Part shown: piece by piece, positions 16,695 through 24,724 of the stretch
How positions within the stretch are numbered: position 1 is the first letter of the stretch
Layout: every line of letters starts with the position of its first letter
NCBI GenBank assembly: GCA_016212195.1
Contig: JACRGW010000158.1
Location: 1 to 33,471, forward strand
Origin: Nitrospirota bacterium
GTDB lineage: Bacteria; Nitrospirota; Thermodesulfovibrionia; JACRGW01
Direction of reading: 5' to 3'
DNA length: 33,471 nucleotides
Notes under the pieces: model-generated
What the model was told of the DNA's origin: nothing
Database searches by the model: none
Seen by the model: only the letters and a program-made list of their open reading frames with translations
Program-made: the position numbers and the translations under genes

Positions 16695-18746
16695 AAAGCA
16701 ATTTTATTAATGGTCCTGATCCTCCTTTCGGTATTAAGTATAAATACAATAGTTCTCATGAAGGTAGTGACAGGTAGATACAAAAATGCCCTTCTTGTTA
16801 AAACAACACTTATAGGGAAAGGAATTAAAAGTGAGATAAGTAGGCCAGCGGAAGTAGGCGTCCCCCTCGGGAGTCTTTTAGGGGTTAATGATATGTTGAG
16901 GAGGCTAATCGAAGAGAATAAGGATATTGGTTATTCTATGGTTGTTGATAGCACAGGTAAGATCCTCTTCCATAATGATCAAGTTATGATTAGTAAAACT
17001 CTTACAGAGATACCGGAGATGGAGGCTATAAAGACCGAGGAGTTTATAACTAAACCCGTGGGAGATTATTATGAAACAACCCTTCCACTATTTGGTCCTG
17101 AGAAAAAACTCGTTGGCTTTATAAAAGTGGCACTTAAGAAGAAAGAGTTATCAGCTCAGATCTCCTCCATGCTTTTGAAATCTATAACTGTTGCTCTCGT
17201 AGGATTTATCTTGGGCATTACCCTTGTAGCCTTCTTTGTTTCAAGATTCATAACAAGGCCTATAACAACCTTTGCCTCTACAGCCTTTGAGATAACAAGG
17301 GGAGACTTCACAAAGACAATAGAGATAAGATCTAATGATGAAGTTGGGGAACTAGGTGGGACGATAAACAGGATGGTAGAGAACCTCGGAAATATTTTCA
17401 AAAGGTTTAAGTCAGCTGCTATGAATGTATCCATGGCAGCCGAGCAGATAGCGATAAACTCTAAGAAAATGACTACAGGTTCAAGAACTCAGGTAGAGGC
17501 AGTTGAGAAGACATCCTCCTCTCTACAGGAGTTGAACTCAACTATCAGGGAGATTGCAAACTCTGTATCTACACTTTCTACATCTGCAGTAGAAACTTCA
17601 TCTTCTGTCCTCGAGATAAGTTCCTCAATAGAAGAGGTTGCAAATAGTACCTCCGGCCTTGCAGGCACTATCTCTGAAACAACGGCTTCCCTGGAACAGA
17701 TAGGGGCCTCTGTTAAAAAAGTTGCAAGGAGTGCGGAGGTCTTAGAGGAGGCAATATCCGAAACAGGAGGGGCCGCAGCGGAGATTGATGCTGCCATAAG
17801 GACTGTAGCGGATAATGCAAAGGAATCATCAATGCTTGCAGGTAAGGTTGTCTCCGATGCCTCGGAGTTTGGGATGGTCTCTGTTGTTAATGCAATAGAT
17901 GGGATGGATAAAATAAAAGGTTCTGTAAAGAAGGCCGGTGATTCAGTAAACCACCTGAAGGAGAGATCATTGGAGATAAATAAAATCGTTGCTGTTATTG
18001 ATGCAGTAACTTCCAGAACAAACCTCCTGGCATTAAACGCAGCAATCTTAGCTGCCCAGGCAGGGGAACACGGTAAAAGTTTTTCTGTTGTGGCAGAAGA
18101 GATCAGGGAACTTGCAGAGAAGACTTCTGCTTCTACAAAAGAGATAGCCGATCTGATAGTGACGATCCAGCAGGAGACACAGGATACTGTAGATATAATG
18201 AAGGAAGGTCTTATAAGGGTAGATGATGGTAATAAACTGGTTTACGCAGTAGGTGATGCCTTAAGGACGATCATCCATTCTTCACAGCAGTCCCAGGTTG
18301 CAGCAAAGGGCATAGAAGGGGCAGCTGTTGAACAGGCGAGGGGTGTGAAACAGGTGACTGAATCTGTTGAAAGAGTAAAAGATATGATAGTGAATATTGC
18401 GAATGCAATCCGTGAACTCAGGAACGGGACAGACCAGATTGTGAAGGCAATGGAGGTTGTAGATAGTATATCTAAACATGTGAAAAAGGCTATGGAAGAC
18501 CAGTCAAGTGGGAGCAGGCAGATAGGCTCAGTTGCTGAAAATACGGTGGAGAAGACACGGCTAATATCAAAGGCAACAGAAGAGCAGAGAATCGGGACTG
18601 AATCCATCCTTCGGTCTATCGACGAGGTTAAGACCGTGGCTGTGGAAGGAATGGATATAGCCTCTGAGATAGATCTTGCTATGGAGGGCATCAGGAAGGA
18701 TGCTGAAGACCTGAAAAGAGTGGTTGAGGTATTTAAGGTAAAATAA
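16665..18746 (+). CDS. Methyl-accepting chemotaxis protein: TM, ~135-aa Cache-like periplasmic domain, TM, HAMP, very long signalling domain
   Basis: The periplasmic segment carries the Cache-like GYSMVVDSTGKILFHND. HAMP reads RPITTFASTAFEITRGDF...DEVGELGGTINRM. The tip is LLALNAAILAAQAGEHGKSFSVVAEEIRELAEKT. It is a paralog of the preceding MCP. Confidence 0.9.
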   Translation: MNLRNMNLRNKAILLMVLILLSVLSINTIVLMKVVTGRYKNALLVKTTLIGKGIKSEISRPAEVGVPLGSLLGVNDMLRRLIEENKDIGYSMVVDSTGKILFHNDQVMISKTLTEIPEMEAIKTEEFITKPVGDYYETTLPLFGPEKKLVGFIKVALKKKELSAQISSMLLKSITVALVGFILGITLVAFFVSRFITRPITTFASTAFEITRGDFTKTIEIRSNDEVGELGGTINRMVENLGNIFKRFKSAAMNVSMAAEQIAINSKKMTTGSRTQVEAVEKTSSSLQELNSTIREIANSVSTLSTSAVETSSSVLEISSSIEEVANSTSGLAGTISETTASLEQIGASVKKVARSAEVLEEAISETGGAAAEIDAAIRTVADNAKESSMLAGKVVSDASEFGMVSVVNAIDGMDKIKGSVKKAGDSVNHLKERSLEINKIVAVIDAVTSRTNLLALNAAILAAQAGEHGKSFSVVAEEIRELAEKTSASTKEIADLIVTIQQETQDTVDIMKEGLIRVDDGNKLVYAVGDALRTIIHSSQQSQVAAKGIEGAAVEQARGVKQVTESVERVKDMIVNIANAIRELRNGTDQIVKAMEVVDSISKHVKKAMEDQSSGSRQIGSVAENTVEKTRLISKATEEQRIGTESILRSIDEVKTVAVEGMDIASEIDLAMEGIRKDAEDLKRVVEVFKVK

Positions 18747-18763
18747 CTCAAGGACTGATTTAT

Positions 18764-19237
18764 ATGGAAGATCAAGAAACCAGAGTAGCTATTTTTTCCG
18801 TAGGTGAAGAGGAATATGCGATAGATATAATGAGAGTGGTTGAGATTCTTAGACCACAAAAGGTAACAAGACTTCCTAAGAGTCCGGATTTTATAGAGGG
18901 GGTGTTAAACCTGAGAGGAAAGGTTATCCCTATAGTAGACCTCAGAAAAAGATTCGGTATTGAACCTACTGACAGACATGGGAATGAACGGATATTATTA
19001 ATCCGGGTAGGGGAAGAGATAGTTGGACTTCAGGTGGATGGAATAAGTGATGTACGCAGTCTCTCAAGGGAAGATATAGTGTCTCCCCCAACTATTGTTA
19101 AGGGAATAAAAACCGAATATCTCGAAGGTGTTGGAAAGGTAGGGGAGAAGTTAATAATAATACTGAATCTTGATAAGATCCTCTCTACAGAAGAGATGCT
19201 TGTTCTTGAATCAATTGAAGAGACTGAAAAGGCATAA
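18764..19237 (+). CDS. cheW: CheW coupling protein
   Basis: A 157-aa protein consisting of a single CheW domain (FSVGEEEYAIDIMRVVEILR...LRGKVIPIVDLRKRFG). Confidence 0.9.
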   Translation: MEDQETRVAIFSVGEEEYAIDIMRVVEILRPQKVTRLPKSPDFIEGVLNLRGKVIPIVDLRKRFGIEPTDRHGNERILLIRVGEEIVGLQVDGISDVRSLSREDIVSPPTIVKGIKTEYLEGVGKVGEKLIIILNLDKILSTEEMLVLESIEETEKA

Positions 19238-19251
19238 GGTCTAACATCCTC

Positions 19252-21264
19252 ATGGAGAGAATATTGGATAGTTTTGCGGATTTGGTGAAGGGTATTAATG
19301 ACGAAAATGCAGAGATAAGAAGATTATCTGCCTTGGGGCTTGCTGATTATGGTGAGGAATCTATCCCTCACCTCCTTAAGACCTTAGGAGATGCTGATTG
19401 GCGTGTCAGGAAGACCTCTGTTGAGTCATTCCTGAAGATTGGCGGAAGAAGGGTTATAGAAAGCCTCATCTCATCCCTGAATATCCAGGATAATGCAGGG
19501 GCAAGAAACTCCGCAATAGAGGCACTCACAAGGATAGGGAAGGAGGCAGTCCCATTTCTTATAAACAGCTTTGAGGACGCCCATCAAGATGTCAGAAAAT
19601 TCATCGTCGATATCCTCGGAGAAGTAGGAGACAAAAGAGCTACCCCTCTCTTTATTGCGGCGTTAACAGATAGGGATGATAATGTTAGATTCTCTGCAAT
19701 AGAACATCTCGGTAAGATAAGAGATGAGAAGGCAATAAATCCCCTTTTGAAGATATTTAAAAAGAAGGAACTCTGGCTTAGCTATCCTGCTGCTATTTCA
19801 CTCGGTAATATTGGAGATTCAAGGGTTCTCGAGCCACTTCTTGATGCCCTTAAAGAGAAACCACTGAGAGAGGCAGCCTTAAAAGGCCTTGGTGCCCTGG
19901 GGGATAAAAGGGCACTGGCTCAGGTTATAAAATTCCTGAAAGACCCTTCGAGGTCAATCAGGGAAATTTCACTCCAGGTTATTATAGATATTTCGAAGAA
20001 GAATCCTAATGATAAGGGGACCATCACAATTATAAAGGAAAATATTGATAGAGAGATATCAGACTATCTGCTCCAGTCCCTCAAAAGAGAGAAGGCTCAG
20101 ATAAAATTAGCATCCGTAAGGCTTTTGGGATGGGTGGGGGCTGAAAGGGCTGTTGAGCCACTTGTAAACCTTCTCCAGGAAGACGAACTTCAAGAAAAGG
20201 TAATGGAGGCACTCTTAATTCTTGGTAGGGGTGGTGCTATCCATGCCCTTATCCCCTTCTTAGATAACCCTGATAATATTATCAGGAGATGTATATCCTA
20301 TCTCTTAGGAGAGATAGGTGATAGTACTGCTGTTGAGGCACTGATAAAATCCCTATCTGATGAAGACGGGCATGTAAGGGGAAACTCAATGATAGCCTTA
20401 GGGAAGATAAAGGATAGAAGGGCTATAATCCCTCTCATGGATTTCCTTAATGATGAATATAATAATGTCCAGGAATCTGCCGTAACTGCCCTGGTCGAGA
20501 TAGGGACTGAGGTGGAACAACTCCTTCCTATGCTTTCTTCAAAGGAATCAGATTTTAGAAAGAATATAGCCCTGCTTTTAGGCAGGCTAAAAGCGAAGAA
20601 AGCGGTCTCATCCCTTGGCTTTGTTATCAAAGATGAGTCACCTGAAGTAAGGGAGGCGGTTGTAAAGGCACTTGGTATGATAGGGGGAGAGGAGGCAGGA
20701 AGATTTTTAATTTCAGCCTTGACCGACGAGGAGCCACGGGTAAAAATGGCATCTGCCATTGCCATCGGCGAAATTAGTTATAAAAAGGGGATTGATTCCC
20801 TTATCATACTTCTTAAAGATGAAAATAGCAGGGTAAGAGCAGCAGTTGCAAGAGGTATTGGAAAACTTAAGAATCCAGCCGCCGTCCTTCCCCTTATAGA
20901 ACTCCTTGATGATAAAGACCCTATGGTCAGAATCTCTGTAATTGAGTCCTTAGGAGAGATAGGAGATATGTCAGCACTTCCGTACCTATTACGACTCCTT
21001 AAAGAAAAAGACCCTGAACTAAAAAAGATCACCATCAGAACACTTTCTAAACTGGGCTTTAATAAGGTTCAGGCCCTTGAAATCTTAAAGGAGCTTCTGC
21101 CTCTCCTTTCGGATAGAGACTGGGGTGTAAGGAAGGCAGTATTAGAAGTATTAGGGAGATTTCCTGAGAAGGATGTTAAAGGATATATCATTAAGGTAGC
21201 CGAGACAGATGAAGACGAAGTGGTCAGAAAGACAGCGGATGATATACTTAAAGGTAAGAAATGA
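19252..21264 (+). CDS. HEAT-repeat protein (PBS-lyase HEAT-like repeats, roughly 20 units)
   Basis: The whole 670 aa shows ~31-aa periodic units of the form D.D..VR..A..ALG.IGD..A...L...L.D. Confidence 0.85.
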   Translation: MERILDSFADLVKGINDENAEIRRLSALGLADYGEESIPHLLKTLGDADWRVRKTSVESFLKIGGRRVIESLISSLNIQDNAGARNSAIEALTRIGKEAVPFLINSFEDAHQDVRKFIVDILGEVGDKRATPLFIAALTDRDDNVRFSAIEHLGKIRDEKAINPLLKIFKKKELWLSYPAAISLGNIGDSRVLEPLLDALKEKPLREAALKGLGALGDKRALAQVIKFLKDPSRSIREISLQVIIDISKKNPNDKGTITIIKENIDREISDYLLQSLKREKAQIKLASVRLLGWVGAERAVEPLVNLLQEDELQEKVMEALLILGRGGAIHALIPFLDNPDNIIRRCISYLLGEIGDSTAVEALIKSLSDEDGHVRGNSMIALGKIKDRRAIIPLMDFLNDEYNNVQESAVTALVEIGTEVEQLLPMLSSKESDFRKNIALLLGRLKAKKAVSSLGFVIKDESPEVREAVVKALGMIGGEEAGRFLISALTDEEPRVKMASAIAIGEISYKKGIDSLIILLKDENSRVRAAVARGIGKLKNPAAVLPLIELLDDKDPMVRISVIESLGEIGDMSALPYLLRLLKEKDPELKKITIRTLSKLGFNKVQALEILKELLPLLSDRDWGVRKAVLEVLGRFPEKDVKGYIIKVAETDEDEVVRKTADDILKGKK

Positions 21265-22145
21265 TAGGAATGAATGGATCGTTCAAGATGTCTGATGACA
21301 CATTCAGACTCATCCGAGATTTTATAAGGAATTATTGTGGGGTATATTTCGACGATGGATCTAAATTCCTCCTGGAAAAGAGGCTATCGAGAAGGGTAGA
21401 GAATTATCTCTTAAATAACTTTGAGGATTATTACCATTTTTTAATGTATGATAAAAGGAGAGATGAAGAACTGGCATCGGTGATAGATGTCTTAACAGTA
21501 AATGAAACCTACTTCTTCAGGGAATTCTCTCAGCTTAAGGCATTAAGCGATGAGATCATCCCTGAAATCGGTGAGAGGAGGAAGGATAAGAAAAGACTCA
21601 GGATATGGTCAGCAGGTTGTTCTACAGGCGAAGAGCCTTATACAATCGCGATATTGATACTTGAGAAAAATCTCATGCCTGAATGGGAGATAGAGATACT
21701 GGGAAGTGATATAAACCAGAGGGTTATTCATGCAGCAAGGAGAGGGATTTACAGAAAGAACGCCTTCAGGAGTATTGATGATTATTATATCAGAAAGTAT
21801 TTCACAGATGAAGGAGAAGGGAATTACAGGATTGTTGATCCTGTAAGGAGTTTGGTGAACTTCAGCCTTCTGAATCTCGTAGACCCCTTTAAAGTAAGAT
21901 TTGTTGGTAAGATGGATGTGATATTCTGCAGGAATGTAATTATCTATTTTGACAGGGACGCAAAGAAAAAGGTAATCAATAATTTTTATGATAGACTCAC
22001 AGAAGAAGGTTATCTCCTTTTAGGTCACTCCGAGTCTTTAATGAATATTTCTACTGACTTCATGCTAAAGCATCTCAAGAATGACCTTGTTTACCAGAAA
22101 CCCACAAGATCGGCATTAACAGGAGAGATGGTATGGAAAAGATAA
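21261..22145 (+). CDS. cheR: Chemotaxis protein methyltransferase CheR
   Basis: The N-terminal helical domain contains TVNETYFFRE. The SAM-binding fold contains RIWSAGCSTGEEPYTIAI and IFCRNVIIYFD. The start overlaps the upstream stop as ATGA. Confidence 0.9.
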   Translation: MIGMNGSFKMSDDTFRLIRDFIRNYCGVYFDDGSKFLLEKRLSRRVENYLLNNFEDYYHFLMYDKRRDEELASVIDVLTVNETYFFREFSQLKALSDEIIPEIGERRKDKKRLRIWSAGCSTGEEPYTIAILILEKNLMPEWEIEILGSDINQRVIHAARRGIYRKNAFRSIDDYYIRKYFTDEGEGNYRIVDPVRSLVNFSLLNLVDPFKVRFVGKMDVIFCRNVIIYFDRDAKKKVINNFYDRLTEEGYLLLGHSESLMNISTDFMLKHLKNDLVYQKPTRSALTGEMVWKR

Positions 22146-23200
22146 GGGTTCTTGTTGTAGATGACTCTCCATATAGTCGTCAGACAATAACAAGGATGCT
22201 TCAGCAGACATCTTTCATCGATGCAATCGGTACCGCTTCTGACGGTAAGGAGGCGATGTCAAAGGTGATAAAATTCAGGCCTGATGTAGTGACACTCGAT
22301 TTAGCGATGCCGGTTATGGATGGTTTTGCCTTCCTTAGATGGGTAATGAAAGAATTTCCTCTACCTGTCATAGTAGTAAGTTTCTACGCGGATGACAGGA
22401 GTTTTCTTAAGGCCTTTGAGCTTGGTGCAGTAGATTTTATTTTAAAGCCGACAGCCAGGGCATCACCTGAACTTCAGAAGATCAAGGACGAACTGATAGA
22501 AAAGATAAGTGCAGTCGCACATCTTGAAATGTCTAAAATGAAGGCTAATCTTGATCTCCTTACGAGTGATGATAGTAAGTATAGAGAGATTGAAGATGTG
22601 TTTCCTGAGCCAAAGGGAGTTGAGCTTATTGCGATCGGCGCATCAACAGGTGGACCTCCTGCGATTCAGGCCATCCTTTTGAGGCTTCCGAAAAACCTTC
22701 CTGCTGGGGTTGTTATATCCCAGCATATGCCTGAAGGATTCACAAAACATTTTGCTGAAAGGCTTGATACCATATCTCCCCTCCATGTAAAAGAGGCAGA
22801 GGATGAAGATACTGTTGAAAGGGGGAAGATTCTTATAGCACCTGGCGGTTATCATATGGTCCTGGAAAAGAAAGGGGAAAATGTTAAGACAATACTAAGA
22901 AAGAAAAGTGATGCTGATAAGTATGTCCCTTCGGTAAATCTGATGATGAAGTCTTCCGCAGCAGTTTATGGAAGAAAGGTACTTGGTGTTATTCTTACAG
23001 GAATGGGAAACGATGGGAAGGATGGTATGAAGGCGATAAAAGAGAAGAAGGGTCAGACCATTGTAGAGTCTGAGGAGACCTCTGTTGTATTCGGGATGCC
23101 ACAGGAGGTTATAACTGCAGGGGCTGCTGATAAGGTGCTCCCCTTAAAGAAGATCCCCGAGGAGATAATTAAGAGATGTATGATGGATGAAAAACCGTAA
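22133..23200 (+). CDS. cheB: Chemotaxis response regulator protein-glutamate methylesterase CheB
   Basis: The REC domain contains VLVVDDS and TLDLAMPVMDG. The esterase domain contains IGASTGGP, SQHMPEGFT and GMGNDG. The gene overlaps cheR by 13 nt. Confidence 0.92.
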   Translation: MEKIRVLVVDDSPYSRQTITRMLQQTSFIDAIGTASDGKEAMSKVIKFRPDVVTLDLAMPVMDGFAFLRWVMKEFPLPVIVVSFYADDRSFLKAFELGAVDFILKPTARASPELQKIKDELIEKISAVAHLEMSKMKANLDLLTSDDSKYREIEDVFPEPKGVELIAIGASTGGPPAIQAILLRLPKNLPAGVVISQHMPEGFTKHFAERLDTISPLHVKEAEDEDTVERGKILIAPGGYHMVLEKKGENVKTILRKKSDADKYVPSVNLMMKSSAAVYGRKVLGVILTGMGNDGKDGMKAIKEKKGQTIVESEETSVVFGMPQEVITAGAADKVLPLKKIPEEIIKRCMMDEKP

Positions 23201-23243
23201 ACAGTTAACCGTAAACTGTCAACCGTTTTAAGGGAGGTATAAC

Positions 23244-24068
23244 TTGGGACCCAGAAAAGGAGAAGGCAAAATTCAGAAAAAGTCTGAGGAGTTCCTTCAG
23301 ATATTCAGAAAAGGTGAGGAATTTACACAGGAACTTCTTAAAGAGAATGAGAGGTTAAGGTTTAAATTGGTTGAGCTTGAGGAAGAACTCAAGGAGATGG
23401 GTAAGAACAGGGTAAAATTCCTTGAGGAGCGTAGTCGTATCCTTGAGAAAGAGAAGAAAGAGATTCAAGAGAGGTATAGACAGGTGGAGGCAGAGAATAA
23501 AGACTTTGTTGCTAAATATCTGGATGTAGAAGAGGAGAATAATAATCTTGCTAACCTGTATGTGGCAAGCTACCAGCTCCACTCCACACTCGATTTTAAT
23601 GAGGTATTGAGAACTGTTATCGAGATAGTATCAAATCTCATCGGGGCCGAAAGATTTGCTATTATGATTGTGGATGAAATGACAGAAGAGCTAAAAGTGA
23701 TCGCCTCTGAGGGACTTAATAAGGAAGATATCCCTAAAGTAAAATCTGGAGAAGGGATTATAGGAGAGGTAGTAATAACAGGAGAAAGTTACTTTGAAGA
23801 ATTTGTTCCAGGACGCACCTCAAAGGACCTCTCTAAACCAGTAGTCTGCATACCCCTTAAGATCAAAGAAAAAGTAATAGGGGTAATAGCAATCTATTCA
23901 CTCCTTATACAGAAAAAGGGTTTTATAAATGTTGACTATGAACTCTTCAATCTTTTAGTCGGTCATACAGCAACGGCAATATTTTCTTCGAAGCTCTATA
24001 CACAATCTGAAGGAAAACTGACAACAATTCAGACTTTCATTGACATTCTAAACGAGAAACCTCTATGA
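23244..24068 (+). CDS. Protein with an N-terminal ~100-aa coiled coil and a C-terminal GAF-like domain
   Basis: The first ~100 aa are heptad-rich and E/K/L-rich. The remainder (LDFNEVLRTVIEIVSNLIGAERFAIMIVDE...VIGVIAIYSL) follows the GAF pattern. The start is TTG with GGGAGG 6 nt upstream. Confidence 0.7.
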   Translation: MGPRKGEGKIQKKSEEFLQIFRKGEEFTQELLKENERLRFKLVELEEELKEMGKNRVKFLEERSRILEKEKKEIQERYRQVEAENKDFVAKYLDVEEENNNLANLYVASYQLHSTLDFNEVLRTVIEIVSNLIGAERFAIMIVDEMTEELKVIASEGLNKEDIPKVKSGEGIIGEVVITGESYFEEFVPGRTSKDLSKPVVCIPLKIKEKVIGVIAIYSLLIQKKGFINVDYELFNLLVGHTATAIFSSKLYTQSEGKLTTIQTFIDILNEKPL

Positions 24069-24099
24069 AAAGGCACCATATATTGAAGGGGGATTAGAG

Positions 24100-24474
24100 A
24101 TGTCAGATATAAACTTTCTTATAGTTGAAGATTCGCCGACGATGAGGCAATTGATTGCCTTTGCCCTTAAAAGGATTCAGAAGGCAAGGGTAGTGGAGGC
24201 CACAGATGGTGTTGATGCCCTGAAAAAGATGGTAGGTCAGAATTTTGACATGCTTTTTGTTGATATAAATATGCCTGTTATGGATGGTCTTAAGTTTGTT
24301 AGCCTCGTAAGGGCAGATCCAGCCAAAAAGGATGTTCCTATAATAATGATCACAACAGAAGGGGCTGAAGAAGATAGAAAAAGGGCTCTATCGCTCGGGG
24401 CCAGCGCCTATTTAACGAAGCCGATTCTGATACAGGAACTTCTACAGATTGTGAGTCAGCATCTGAAACAATAA
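24100..24474 (+). CDS. cheY: Single-domain CheY-like response regulator
   Basis: 124 aa with the acidic pair ED (IVEDS), phospho-acceptor context LFVDINMPVMDG, T in MITTEG and K in LTKP. Confidence 0.85.
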   Translation: MSDINFLIVEDSPTMRQLIAFALKRIQKARVVEATDGVDALKKMVGQNFDMLFVDINMPVMDGLKFVSLVRADPAKKDVPIIMITTEGAEEDRKRALSLGASAYLTKPILIQELLQIVSQHLKQ

Positions 24475-24541
24475 GGGCTGAAATCTTTTATAATCAACTG
24501 TCTCCTTATATCCATATAAAAAAATTAAAATCCCCTTTTCC

Positions 24542-24570
24542 TTGACCCTGATATTTCTATAGAGTAATAT
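24542..24570 (+). promoter_or_regulatory. Candidate sigma70-type promoter TTGACC-17 nt-TAATAT upstream of the TSUP gene
   Basis: The -35 is TTGACC at 24542..24547, followed by a 17-nt spacer and the -10 TAATAT at 24565..24570. This would give a leader of roughly 148 nt. Confidence 0.35.
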
Positions 24571-24646
24571 ATACACCGTTTCACTAAAGAAATACTTCAT
24601 TGCTAAATGAAACACATATATACAAATGCCACAAGTGAGAAGAAAA

Positions 24647-24706
24647 TGTCACCCTGAACTTGTTTCAGGGTCTATAGGGGATGCTGAAACAAGTTCAGCA
24701 TGACAG
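24647..24706. repeat. Palindromic doublet (REP/BIME-like): two 21-nt hairpin units in opposite orientation
   Basis: Unit 1, 24651..24671: ACCCTGAA-CTTGT-TTCAGGGT. Unit 2, 24681..24701: ATGCTGAA-ACAAG-TTCAGCAT. The 15-nt cores CTGAACTTGTTTCAG and CTGAAACAAGTTCAG are exact reverse complements. The outer TGTCA and TGACA also pair. Confidence 0.7.
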
Positions 24707-24724
24707 TCATTTGAGGAGGAGAGA

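Noticed and set aside
18242-18859. A 205-aa minus-strand ORF spanning the MCP2 3' end, the spacer and the cheW start
   Set aside because: It is antisense to two well-supported genes, low-complexity and Ser-rich, with no ribosome-binding site.
20298-21035. Minus-strand ORFs (155 and 85 aa) inside the HEAT-repeat gene, and the idea that the HEAT periodicity is a DNA tandem repeat
   Set aside because: The periodicity is at the protein level only. The ~93-nt units are too diverged in nucleotide sequence to count as a DNA repeat array. The antisense ORFs are Ser-rich artefacts.
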